The position numbers and the translations under genes were made by a program. This document shows, in pieces, positions 19,909 to 30,500 of a DNA stretch of 64,000 nucleotides. Numbering within the stretch: position 1 is the first letter of the stretch; the number at the start of each line of letters is the position of its first letter. The notes beneath the pieces are model-generated. The model ran no database searches. It saw only the letters and a program-made list of their open reading frames with translations, and had not been told where the DNA came from. Source of the DNA: a virus; UHGV virus genome UHGV-1370141. The stretch is one strand, 5' to 3'.

Positions 19909-19919
19909 CTCCTATTGCA

Positions 19920-21380
19920 TTAGAGTTTGTCAACAAACACAGAACCTGAAATCCAGTCCAGAACGTAGTCAATCATCCAACTGGTTGCTGCTTGTGACGG
20001 GTCTTGATTATCCACCATCGCCTGGTGAATCGTCCGCATCAGTGGGGCAATTTCCCATACGCGGAACACGTCATTACACGCGGTCTGGATAATAAAGAGC
20101 GTGATGTCATCATCAGCACTGCTAAAGAAGGCGTCACAGCTTGCCATGACCCAACGTTTCACGTCTTCACGCGTACGCTGGTCTTCTCCGTTATCGAAGT
20201 AGCCCTGATCGAGTTGGTCAATAGCCAGTGAGAACGCCGTTTTCAGTGACTGACGGTTACGTGTTACCCAGTCCTGTTCGTTTTTCTTCTGCGTGATAAT
20301 CGCACGACGGTTATAAGCGTCGACGTACGCATTCTGGTTTTCCAGCAGTGCAGGAACACGTGCAGAAACGTTATAGTCGCCTTCGTCCATCAGATAGATA
20401 GCGCCCAGAAGACCTTCAACGATACCACCTTTAGACAGATAGTCATCCATCGTTTCCTGACAGATGTACACGTCTTTCTTATCGGTGTCGTAGCTGTAAA
20501 TAATGTTACCTGTCGCGACACGGTTCAGGATTTCTTTTTCGAAACCGTAAACCCAACCGATAGAGGTGTAGTAAGCACGACCCATCTCTGCTTTCCACTT
20601 CAACGCGTCAACGCCAGAGTCAGGCCAAGGACGTTCGATGTAGTAGGAAGACAGCAGCAGAACCAGCACACGCTCTTTCAGAATCATCGGTGCGTTGCTT
20701 GCAACCGGTACGGTGTTGTTACCGGCCAGGATCAGTTTAGCCGCATCGTAAATGCTAATGCCTAAATCGTTAAGCAGGCTACGTACTAACTCGTCGTACG
20801 CCTTAACACCGGTTTCTGGGATTTCGATGTTGGTTGGAACGTCGAAATTAATCGGGTCGTAAGTCGTCCCGTTGCCCATCGGGTTAGCGATTTCCTGAAT
20901 CAGTGCCTGGACAACTGGAGAATCAACACAGCTGTCGATACCCACCGGAATCAGGTTCCAGTCTTCTACCAACGGTTTAACTTCGTCGATAACGTTGTTC
21001 TGAATAACCAACTGAACGAACGGTTGCACCACGTTACGGGCGAAATCAAGCATCCCGTTGCAGCGTTGAATTGCCATGTTCTTCAGTTCGAACAGCGTAG
21101 TTTCATGATCGTCAACACGCAGCGCTTCTGGCTCAATGGCACCGTCACGGATAACGGACGCTTCTGACGTTGCCTCCGTCGGACGTTTCAGCTGAGTGAT
21201 TGCTGGCAGTTCCTGGAAGAACTGTTCGTCAGTAATGGTGGTATCAAAAACACGAGATGGATCTACCGCACGGTTCAGCAGGTCAACCGGAGAGTCAACG
21301 TCGGTGCCGAGTTGAATGTTGTGCTGTTTGCACAGCTTCATGGCGTTGGTAACTGCGTTCAGCGAGTATAAACTGATCAT
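19920..21380 (-). CDS. hypothetical protein (486 aa), possibly structural
   Basis: ORF. Confidence 0.55.
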   Translation of the reverse strand: MISLYSLNAVTNAMKLCKQHNIQLGTDVDSPVDLLNRAVDPSRVFDTTITDEQFFQELPAITQLKRPTEATSEASVIRDGAIEPEALRVDDHETTLFELKNMAIQRCNGMLDFARNVVQPFVQLVIQNNVIDEVKPLVEDWNLIPVGIDSCVDSPVVQALIQEIANPMGNGTTYDPINFDVPTNIEIPETGVKAYDELVRSLLNDLGISIYDAAKLILAGNNTVPVASNAPMILKERVLVLLLSSYYIERPWPDSGVDALKWKAEMGRAYYTSIGWVYGFEKEILNRVATGNIIYSYDTDKKDVYICQETMDDYLSKGGIVEGLLGAIYLMDEGDYNVSARVPALLENQNAYVDAYNRRAIITQKKNEQDWVTRNRQSLKTAFSLAIDQLDQGYFDNGEDQRTREDVKRWVMASCDAFFSSADDDITLFIIQTACNDVFRVWEIAPLMRTIHQAMVDNQDPSQAATSWMIDYVLDWISGSVFVDKL

Positions 21381-21670
21381 TGTTTAACCTCATTATTGGT
21401 GGTGATGGCGTCCTGAAGCTTCGTGTACAAACGAGCTCCCACCAGGTCAGCGATATCGCGTTTCAGCAGTTTCTGATCGCCGATACGGTCAGACATTCCA
21501 GAATTGCCACGAATCAATCCGTGCACGATTTCGGTCGTCAGTTCAACCGTGTTGCCCAAAGACACGTAGTTAGTACGTTGGATAGGGCTATAGCCTTCCA
21601 CGCTTTGCTGGGTAATATTTTTCCCAGTCGGAATACCGTGTCGCTGTTTGATTTTATCTAAAATAGACAT
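21377..21670 (-). CDS. hypothetical protein (97 aa)
   Basis: ORF overlapping downstream gene by 4 nt; GGAG SD after a hairpin. Confidence 0.5.
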   Translation of the reverse strand: MSILDKIKQRHGIPTGKNITQQSVEGYSPIQRTNYVSLGNTVELTTEIVHGLIRGNSGMSDRIGDQKLLKRDIADLVGARLYTKLQDAITTNNEVKQ

Positions 21671-21692
21671 TCTCTACTCCGGAGTTTATCAG

Positions 21693-21711
21693 GGTGGGAG
21701 CGACCCACCCC
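21693..21711 (-). other. GC stem-loop (gggtggg / cccaccc) between the 1388-aa gene stop and the next SD; no U-run
   Basis: 7-bp perfect inverted repeat. Confidence 0.35.
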
Positions 21712-21717
21712 TTGAGA

Positions 21718-24700
21718 TTATTTAAGTGTCGCTGGTAACTCAGGCACGGACTCGCCGTCGAGGATACGACCGATAAGAATCCCTGCTTGTTCACCCACAG
21801 CATTTGCGGTACCGATTCGTTGGATAGAACCTACGATACGTGCGTCGACAGAATCACGACCGAACAAAATGTCAATGTCATCGCCATCTTCTGTTTTGTT
21901 TTCCCCGTACATCACTTCTTGTACAGTGGTTTTCAGCTGGTTAGCAATAACCATCTTATCCGCTGCGGCCATTTCCACTTCGTGCGTAATAAAGAATCGA
22001 ACACAAAGCGAGTTAAAGGCTAACGGTACACCCTCTACACGGTAATCCCCATTAACACTCCCTGATACCGGATCGCCACGATTAACAGCCAATGCTGCTT
22101 TACGACGAATGCGATCGTATTTACGTACCAGTTCTGCCAGTGAAGGCGTCATGTCTTCGGTTTCACCGTGATATACGACTTCGATTTTATCCACGATACC
22201 ACGAACCCCAGCACGAGGCGCGTACGAACTTAAACTTTGCAACGTTTGTGCTGCTTCCTTACTAAAGGTACTCATATCCCCCGTAAGGTCGTCAGTAAAT
22301 GTGCATAGGATTGTGTCGACGTCAACGTGTTCCCCTTCGTTAACGATTTCCAGGAGCATCTGGTTGCTGTTAATCACCACTTCTTTCAGCTTAGTAACCT
22401 GCCCAACCATTTTCTTCGCGAACCGTTCAGAAATAGCATTGGAGTCTTCGATTACTTCTTCAGCTTCGATTAGAGCGACGGTAGCCAGCACCCCGTTTTT
22501 CCAGGAAACCTGAGTAGGGTCGTAGATATCGGGTTCAAAGTGTTGCTCGTTATAGGTGATGACTGCCCCGGCCGGGAGTTTGTCACCGGCTTTCCAGCGA
22601 GTCACCAGGGTGTGCGGATAGAAGGTACCTTCGTGGGGGCCGAACCAGCGCCCTAGAGGAAAGGCTTCTTTACTTCCATCTTCGTACGTAATTTCGATAT
22701 GGTCTTTAGACAGACCGGTGATTTTACCTGCTTTATCAATAACGCGTGCGTGTTTCACCGATGTACGGTGAGCGACAAATTTCTCCTGTTCGGTACGATA
22801 AGGGGTAGTGGTAGCGCCGTTGCAACTGGTGGCAGAACCTAACTGAATCCCAACGAAGTTTTGACGTTTAGCGTCGTCCATCAGGGTATCCGGCACGAGA
22901 CCGTCAATAAATGACAGAGTGTCGCTCGGCTTCAGTTTCTTTTCATCCCGTTTATAGGTTGTGCCGTCAACGGTATCAAAACGCGGGTTGTTGGTGGCGA
23001 AAGCAGTAATACCTACGTCACCGTTATCCACCGTGTTACCGGATACAATACCCAGGTCACTCGGTTGGAACTCACGCGTGTGATAAACCATTGTTTTACG
23101 GTTACGGCCACCCGTACCACCCATGGTGATAACGTCTTTCTCTTTAATCGACTGGATAGGGTTAGCACCCGGCGCTAACAGAACAGACGGGTCGGAGTTA
23201 ATTGCGCCCCAAATCATGTCCTGAGTAAGCTCGAACTTACGGTTACTGTTCGGTGCGTTGTTGTAGTTACGCATCGCCCTGACCATCGCAGTGTAGATGT
23301 GGTAGGAAATACGTTGGTTCCCTAAGAACATCATTTCATCACCGTTAATCTCCGGTAAAGAGTGGTCGGTTTGTAACAGTTCGTTAGAACGTTCCAATAG
23401 CCCGATAAAGGTTTCCGGTTCACCCATTTTCCTGAGGATACGTGCGTGCATGTCATCAACAAACGCGGCCCGCATTTGTTTCAGCTCGTTGATGTAGCGT
23501 GGAGTTAGCCCATCTGCATCACGTATTAAGTTCAGGTAAATGTCTTCGCGGTCGACTTCGGACTCGGTATAAGCTACCAGGTGTTTCAGGTACTTATCCA
23601 GACCGTGTAGAATCATTCGTTGCTGATCGTTATCACACGTTACCAGGAACTTACTGTCCTGGAGACGAATAATAGAATCGTACGTGCTCTTATCTACACG
23701 TTGGCCAACAGGGACGATTTCGTACTGAATACCGAAATGTTTAAGCATCCCTTGCAGACCTAAATAGAACGAGAAGATGAAGCCCAGTGAGAGCGATTTG
23801 CCCATCAGTGAAAGCTCGGTCATTTCTCTTGGCGCTTTCTGGCTACTGAAGCCAAGCACTTCCGAGATGGTACCCAGTGGTGTACACTCTTTACCCTTAA
23901 CGGTATAGAGCATGGACTTGGTATCCATCACCACAATAACTTCACTGCGCGGACGTTTCGCAACCGGCAACATCTCAACGTTGTTTGCGTCAGTAAGCTG
24001 TTCGTCATTAAAGAAGTTAACCGCTTCTTTATAATCGAAGTTCCACATATACCCGCCTGCATTGAAGCTGGCGATACGGCGTGCAATCTCCGTGTACTGA
24101 CGAGGAAGTTTCTCTGTAGGATCGAAAACGTTCGCGAGACGTGCGTCGGTGATCTCCGTGTTGGTCGGGTCTACGGCACGCGTGATAATCGCGTTCGTTA
24201 ACCAACGGCCGTAGTCGTTTGCGACTTTGTCACTACGACGTACGAAGTTTTTACCGTAAGCGGTAGTTAACGCTACGGTGTCTGGGGCGACCTTACGAAT
24301 CGGAACGTCTACACGCTGACGACGCATGGTGTATTCAACACCGTTTGCTACCCAGGTACCGTCTTCGGTTAAACCAGGGATAGAGAAACGCACTGTCGTC
24401 GGTTCACCACCAATCGGTTGAACACGCAGGGTGTGGTGTTCGATAGTTCCCGTAACGGAAACCTCTTTCTCGATCGTGTGGTTGTGAATAGCTAAACCAA
24501 GACGCTGCGAGCTGGCGACTGCTGCCAGCACGTCTTTACTCATCATGGTCTGGTTGTATTGTTTCACCATTTGGTCGGTGACGTTTTCTGCCCAACCTTC
24601 ATCCGTAACCAGTCGCTGGACTTTCTTCGGTTCCGCTTTCACGGCAATGTCTTTTTCGTGAATGGTTAATGCTTCACCGTAAGTCTCTTTCGGGTTGTAC

Positions 24701-25884
24701 GGGTTTGGTAACTGAACGAAACGTTTGGTCGAATCAGACAGGAATTGATACGCTTTGGAGCTTAAGCGGCCCGCCTCAGCCAGTTTCTGCGCTTCCTGTT
24801 TGATAATGTCATCGTGAGCAATCGTTTTTTCGATAACGATAGTCGTCGGCTTAACGTCTTCTTTCGGCTCCTCAATAACGAGGTCTTCTTTTTCATCGAA
24901 AGCGTTATCCGATTCAACCACAGCGTCGTTAACAACGTCTGTATCGTCAACGACGTCAACGGTATCCTCTTCGATGTCCTTAACAAAGATACGTTCATCA
25001 CCTTCCGGTGTCAGGAATTCAGCTTCGTAAGCATTAGACGGTGCTTGAGTCATTACACGCACTAACGTACGATAGAACATCCTGGCCATCTGGTCGTCAC
25101 TTAAACGGCCACCGGACGATTTACGCATCTTCTCCACGACACCCATGTTCATCGACGTAAAGCCGCCGTTGTGGGTGAAGATGAAGTTCATTCGAGACAG
25201 TTGCGTTAAGTCCATTCCCGCAAACAGAGAATCGGACTGTTTACCGTACGCCCAAGCGAACAGTTCCAATAACCACAGCAGGTTAAAATCCTGGAACTTT
25301 TCAATCTTGCTTTTAACACGATCGTTATACGTCGTTTGGAACTTCTGGAAAGACGGTAACGTTGACCCCAGCTCAATCACGAAGTAGTTCTGACGCATGT
25401 ATTCTTGCGTGTCGTATTTGAACTGGTTAGTCATTAACAGCTGGATGTTACGCAGTCTGTCGTACCAGGCTAGTTGAGTGTCTGGATAATAGTAGTGCGA
25501 TAACATCGGTGTATAGTTCTCAATAAGGAGAACTTTTAAGTCTTTACGAATCAGGTCATCTGAAGTCAGACGACGAATTGGACGGTTAGCGCGATGATAC
25601 GCAAAGATAGCACGTTCTTGCCCCTGCACAGGTTTGTTACGTGGATGCCCACTGATCCCTTCTTCGGGAAGTTTAAAGTGGTGGCGAATTTGTGCAGGTT
25701 TTTCCAACGGCTGGATGATTTCCAGCGTAGCAGGTGGCGCTAAGACCACCTGATCGAGATCCACGACGTGCAGTATGGAGCCTCGTGGTATCTGGAGCTT
25801 CTCGAGCGGGATAATCCTCGGATTACCAAACTCGTCTGTTTTACGCACAGAGAAGCGTTGGTTAAACTGTTTAATGAGCAGCAT
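21718..25884 (-). CDS. large protein (1388 aa) immediately downstream of the RNAP beta'-N gene; tentative second RNAP subunit, subunit assignment uncertain
   Basis: Adjacent and co-transcribed with 25888..27513; C-terminal block DKMVIANQLKTT...EVMYGENKTEDGDDIDILFG loosely resembles the beta-subunit GDKM...[20 protein letters not shown] region; acidic linker in middle. Confidence 0.3.
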   Translation of the reverse strand: MLLIKQFNQRFSVRKTDEFGNPRIIPLEKLQIPRGSILHVVDLDQVVLAPPATLEIIQPLEKPAQIRHHFKLPEEGISGHPRNKPVQGQERAIFAYHRANRPIRRLTSDDLIRKDLKVLLIENYTPMLSHYYYPDTQLAWYDRLRNIQLLMTNQFKYDTQEYMRQNYFVIELGSTLPSFQKFQTTYNDRVKSKIEKFQDFNLLWLLELFAWAYGKQSDSLFAGMDLTQLSRMNFIFTHNGGFTSMNMGVVEKMRKSSGGRLSDDQMARMFYRTLVRVMTQAPSNAYEAEFLTPEGDERIFVKDIEEDTVDVVDDTDVVNDAVVESDNAFDEKEDLVIEEPKEDVKPTTIVIEKTIAHDDIIKQEAQKLAEAGRLSSKAYQFLSDSTKRFVQLPNPYNPKETYGEALTIHEKDIAVKAEPKKVQRLVTDEGWAENVTDQMVKQYNQTMMSKDVLAAVASSQRLGLAIHNHTIEKEVSVTGTIEHHTLRVQPIGGEPTTVRFSIPGLTEDGTWVANGVEYTMRRQRVDVPIRKVAPDTVALTTAYGKNFVRRSDKVANDYGRWLTNAIITRAVDPTNTEITDARLANVFDPTEKLPRQYTEIARRIASFNAGGYMWNFDYKEAVNFFNDEQLTDANNVEMLPVAKRPRSEVIVVMDTKSMLYTVKGKECTPLGTISEVLGFSSQKAPREMTELSLMGKSLSLGFIFSFYLGLQGMLKHFGIQYEIVPVGQRVDKSTYDSIIRLQDSKFLVTCDNDQQRMILHGLDKYLKHLVAYTESEVDREDIYLNLIRDADGLTPRYINELKQMRAAFVDDMHARILRKMGEPETFIGLLERSNELLQTDHSLPEINGDEMMFLGNQRISYHIYTAMVRAMRNYNNAPNSNRKFELTQDMIWGAINSDPSVLLAPGANPIQSIKEKDVITMGGTGGRNRKTMVYHTREFQPSDLGIVSGNTVDNGDVGITAFATNNPRFDTVDGTTYKRDEKKLKPSDTLSFIDGLVPDTLMDDAKRQNFVGIQLGSATSCNGATTTPYRTEQEKFVAHRTSVKHARVIDKAGKITGLSKDHIEITYEDGSKEAFPLGRWFGPHEGTFYPHTLVTRWKAGDKLPAGAVITYNEQHFEPDIYDPTQVSWKNGVLATVALIEAEEVIEDSNAISERFAKKMVGQVTKLKEVVINSNQMLLEIVNEGEHVDVDTILCTFTDDLTGDMSTFSKEAAQTLQSLSSYAPRAGVRGIVDKIEVVYHGETEDMTPSLAELVRKYDRIRRKAALAVNRGDPVSGSVNGDYRVEGVPLAFNSLCVRFFITHEVEMAAADKMVIANQLKTTVQEVMYGENKTEDGDDIDILFGRDSVDARIVGSIQRIGTANAVGEQAGILIGRILDGESVPELPATLK

Positions 25885-25887
25885 TGA

Positions 25888-27513
25888 TTAGCCTTTTGGA
25901 TTCTTTAATAACGCTTGCGTCGCACGTTTAATCACGTTGTTGACAGGATTGATTTTGAAATTCCCGTCTGAATCGAACCAGTAGTTCTTCGAGTGTATCC
26001 AGTTACGGTTTTCCTCGAGTGCTTCTTGCGACATAGGCGCGTTAAGTGAACCGGTGTCACCATCGTAGTCACCCCCTAAGCCACCCAATCGTGACGGGTG
26101 CGGTGCCATCGACTCGACAAAGGTTGGAACCGACCTGTCAGGATAACTGATAGCTCCGTGTGGCTTTTCAGTCTCCCAGTCATCTTCCAGTTCTTTTAGG
26201 TATAAAGATGACGTGGTGGTCTCCAATCTTATGGTCGATGAGTACGTCGAGCCTCGACCGGTGACGGGATAACGTGTAACGAAACCGAAATAATTGTTCC
26301 ACAGTTCGTAACCCGATAAATAGAGTAATTCTACCAGGGTCATTCCGTGGACGTTTTTACGGTCAAACGTTTTAGGCAGTTCGTCGATATCGTAGAACAC
26401 CTTAAAATGTTTGTTGTCTTGGTAGACCAGTGCGACATAATGGGTATCGTTAATCATTAACGGTTGATGACGAAGCTCGCGAGCTTCCATCCGGTTAATT
26501 AATGTTTCGATGCCATCGTCCGTGGTAAAGGTGTCGTAAACACGACCCCCAACCTCCAAGAACTCACGTTTAAGCGTTTTGGTGTTCACGCCATAAAGGT
26601 TGCCATCGCCAGCACGAATGTTACCGAGGTAACGTTCACGTATCTGGTATTGCGCAACAGGTAGCAACGCTTTCAGACCCTGATACAAACCAATTTTGGT
26701 GTCGGTCGGTCGAATCGCATCCTCACGTCCCATGCATTTAGAGCCTGTGGAGAATGAGGACAACACGTTACGTGTCCCGTTCATCAGTTTACGCGACGTC
26801 ACTTTACGACGTTGGAAACCTCCTTTACCGTCCTGGATGTTAAAGAAGTACATCCAGATTTCGTTAAAGGTTTGTTGGAGTTTCCATCGTACAGGGTTCG
26901 TTAATTCAACCCGTGTAGCACGGTCAGGAATCGCCCTGGCCAAAGAAATCAAACGACGATATAACCCACCGATTTCCTCTTCCTGTTCCCTACCGTCTTG
27001 TCTAACCACCAAATCACGTAAACCCGCGGGTAATACGAGAACATAGCGGCTAAGACTCACGGGACGGAACTTCTCGAAGAAATCCACCGTTTCGTCACGT
27101 TGTAACGATTCGTTACGTCCGGGTTTTAAGTCGTTGTAGTGACTAAGGAAAAAGTTAAAACCGGTATCTGCGCCAGCGTCGCCAGGCAAAGCCGGTTCAA
27201 AATCTTTTTCTTTTTCGCTCCAGGTTGCGTAGCGTTTTCCAGAACAAATTTCTTCGTAGAGTTGTTTTAGTTGGAATAACGCCAAACACACCGTCGGCGA
27301 AATGATATCTAATTTAATATCAATGTAAGAAAACGTTGAGTCTCGGGCTTCACTTCCCGTAAGACCGAATATCTCCGTGGAGTACAACCCTTCAGGGTGA
27401 AAGTTTTTTGTCAACCCTTGAAAAGTATCTGTGGTCGTGACGGGTCGTAATCGCGACACAAGAGACTTGTTTACATTGAGCAGATAAAAGTCAACCCAAT
27501 TAAGTTTATTCAC
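25888..27513 (-). CDS. multisubunit RNA polymerase beta' subunit, N-terminal fragment (541 aa, split beta' as in phiKZ-like phages)
   Basis: Ordered beta' hallmark blocks: EIFG...ISP; VLVLPAGLRDLV...GGLYRRLI; GGFQRRKVTSRKLMNGTRNV; TRYPVTGRGS; catalytic GGDYDGD followed by NAPMSQEALEENR; GTG start with AGGAG SD. Confidence 0.75.
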   Translation of the reverse strand: MNKLNWVDFYLLNVNKSLVSRLRPVTTTDTFQGLTKNFHPEGLYSTEIFGLTGSEARDSTFSYIDIKLDIISPTVCLALFQLKQLYEEICSGKRYATWSEKEKDFEPALPGDAGADTGFNFFLSHYNDLKPGRNESLQRDETVDFFEKFRPVSLSRYVLVLPAGLRDLVVRQDGREQEEEIGGLYRRLISLARAIPDRATRVELTNPVRWKLQQTFNEIWMYFFNIQDGKGGFQRRKVTSRKLMNGTRNVLSSFSTGSKCMGREDAIRPTDTKIGLYQGLKALLPVAQYQIRERYLGNIRAGDGNLYGVNTKTLKREFLEVGGRVYDTFTTDDGIETLINRMEARELRHQPLMINDTHYVALVYQDNKHFKVFYDIDELPKTFDRKNVHGMTLVELLYLSGYELWNNYFGFVTRYPVTGRGSTYSSTIRLETTTSSLYLKELEDDWETEKPHGAISYPDRSVPTFVESMAPHPSRLGGLGGDYDGDTGSLNAPMSQEALEENRNWIHSKNYWFDSDGNFKINPVNNVIKRATQALLKNPKG

Positions 27514-27542
27514 GCTAAATCTCCTGATACGGATTAAACGTT

Positions 27543-30500
27543 ATGGCTAAAAAAGGTAAAGACGATTTCGATGAAATCGATCTTGATAACATGGACGACT
27601 GGGACGATTTTGATGAGCCCCCTCGTCAACAAGACCAATCGCGTAACCCGGTCATGGACACATTTCGTGCTGCCCGTAAGTCGGCATTGTCGACTATCTG
27701 GCCCGAAAATAAACGTGATCAGGTCATTTTAAAAGGAATGCCAAAACCGGCGTCTGACGCTTATGAAGGTTATAAGAACGTCAAAGCCGCAGGTCAAGAC
27801 ATTCTGGCCCATACGAAAGACGAGATTGAAAAGACCTCCCGCGTGGTGAAGGCACAAGCTCGTCAATTAGGCCCAACCCTAAAACGGTATTTGCCTGACA
27901 GCGTAACCCGTAAGATCGATAAATGGGCGAAAAGCGACCAGTACGATTACGGGAATTACGATCCTAAACAAGCATTAATGGATCGTGAGTTAGACACTGT
28001 TTTTGCAGGTACCCCACAAACACCTGAACAACAACGTGAAGTTCAGGAAGGAATGGTAGAAGACCGTCTTCGTGACACCATCAAGGACATGAAGTCTGAT
28101 GCGCTGTTCCAGACGGTTATCGGTATTGCGAAAGACGTTAACCTGACGACCAGTTTAAGTCGTGGGGTGATGCTTAACGTTCAGCGTAAACAGTTAGAAC
28201 TGCAATACCGTACGTTATTCGCGTTGCAAGATATTGCTAAACTTAAACAGGATGAGTTTAGCCGTAACACCCCGGCACTTGAAGCGATTGTTAAAAACAC
28301 CGCGTTGCCGGACTACGCAAAAGAGGAATTCTCTGAAGTTCGTTGGGCTAACGTAAAACGTAAAGCTGCCGAATGGATGAACCCCTTGCGTTACGCGGAT
28401 AACTTTATTGATCAGATTCGTGAGAACGCGAAGAAAAAGATTTCGAATATCTTCAGCGACGGACGCGGGATATTAGAACAAGTTCTGTCAATGGGTCAGG
28501 AAGACGACTTTGGCATGGATGACAGTTCTACACTGTCGCCAGAACGTCGTCGTACGAATAGCCGAGGTAAAGTCGCAGGGTTTGCCGGTGGTTGGTTAGC
28601 AAAACGATTCTTACAACCGCAAGTAGAACGTTTACAGAACTGGACACGCAGTGAGTTAGAAAAGAACCCTGAAGTCATGAAACGGCTTCAGTTGGCACGC
28701 TACGGGTTCGGTAACTTATCTTCTATCTCTAACTCGGCGATTGCTGGTGAGATAGACGGCCCACTGGCCACCGTCTTCCGTTTAATGCACGAGTTGGGGT
28801 TAGTGACACCGCTGCGTCGTGAGGGATTAGCTTTAGAAGAACGTTCAGCAGAAGCGTTATCCGCTGCCGCGAAGTTCGACCGTAAAGCGTATCTTAGCAT
28901 CACGGAAGTCATCCCGACTTTGCTGACGGAGATTAACAAATCTATTCGTCGCGGGTACGGCGAACACCACGACCAGGTGTACGATTTAACCACGCGTGGG
29001 ATGATTGACCGTAAAGTCATCGGTAACCGTGTCCGTAAAGCGGTTGCGAACGATGAACAGCGGAAGCGTTTACAGCAGTACATTAACGAAACCGTTGACT
29101 TTATCGACAAAGACAAAACCCTGGATTCGAAAACTCGCCAGGCGCTGGCGGACTATATCGAATCCCGTGCGTCTGAAGGTAAGGCATTCGACGTAGGCAG
29201 TCTGCTGAAAGACCCGATGCACATGTATCGTTACATGAATGCAAACGCGGTAGAAGCGATTCAGGCGGTCTTAGAAGCACGGTCTTCAGAACTGACAGGC
29301 GGTCATCACGAACTTAGCAATGAGATTGCTAGTAAGATTTCAGCCATTCAGTCAACGATACGTGCACGTCAAAACACGGTAGACGAAGCTTCAATTATCT
29401 ACGGTGAGAATGCGTTACGTGACGCAGGTATCTTTAAGTACGATGCGAAGAACGATCGGTTTGATGTAGATAAAGACATTAACGATCCGTATACGCTATA
29501 CAACGACCTGGCCATGGGGAAAACCCGTTCCGGTCGTTCGTTAACGCGTGAACAAGAAATCCAGCGCAAACTGAAAAACGGTTCTGCGCTAGGTGACTAC
29601 TTACGTCGTTTAGGGGTAGACGCTTCCGTAACCGGTGACGAGTCGACTATTGACACCGTTAAAGGTAAAGGTGGACGTGGTGGTCGTGGGCTGTCGGCAC
29701 GACAACTTGCTGCTGTCCTCTACGGTGAAAAATCCACCAACTTTGTTGAACTGTTAAGCGAACGGCCTGACACTAATGCGGGTTTAGAGCAACAGTTTGA
29801 TAGAATCGTTGATGCTATCCGTAACAAATCCGAATCCAACACCGTGCAGGAAATTCTGAAACATGTTAAGAACATGGATGAGGAAGGCATCCTGCTGGCC
29901 AGCTTAGGTGGTGGTCGTGACGGTGAGGGTGACGCATCTGAAGACGCGGGTAGTACCGGTAACAAACGCAAACGTAAGCGCATTGTGCTTGGTGAAAGTG
30001 GGCTGTTCCGTCGTTGGGCGGGCGTACTTTGGGACACCGGTACGGGTGCTGGTCGTTTTGCGAAGAACATGTTCCTGAGAGGAAAAGGGCGTTTACAGTC
30101 ACTGGGCAGTTTTATCCGTGGGAAGTTCTCCGGTGGGTCTTCTGACGGTCCAGGTGTTTTTGAACGACTGAAAGGTTTAGTTACTGGTACGCTGTCCACA
30201 GGCTGGAATTCAGCAGTAGCGTTCGGGAAAGGCGTTCTTGGTGTTCGAGACATCTACGACGAGAAAGGCAATGTTGTTTTACAAGGTAGCCGTTTAGAGG
30301 CAGGTGAGTATTATCAGGCTGACCCTAAAACCAACAAGTTGGTACAACTCCGCTCGTTAGACGACATTAAGCTGGGTCGTGATATTGTTGACGAAGCCGG
30401 GAACTTGATTCTCGCAGCGGCGGACTTAGCGGCTGCGGGTAAACTGCGCTTCTATAAAGGTGGTAAGCTCCAGGCCCTGTTCCAGTATATCTCTGGTAAA

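Noticed and set aside
21718-25884. Confident assignment of the 1388-aa protein as RNAP beta or beta' C-terminal subunit
   Set aside because: Its C-terminus could be aligned by eye to motifs from both beta (GDKM...DIVLNPLG) and beta' (VIVGRLIP), which cannot both hold; left as tentative pending profile or structure search
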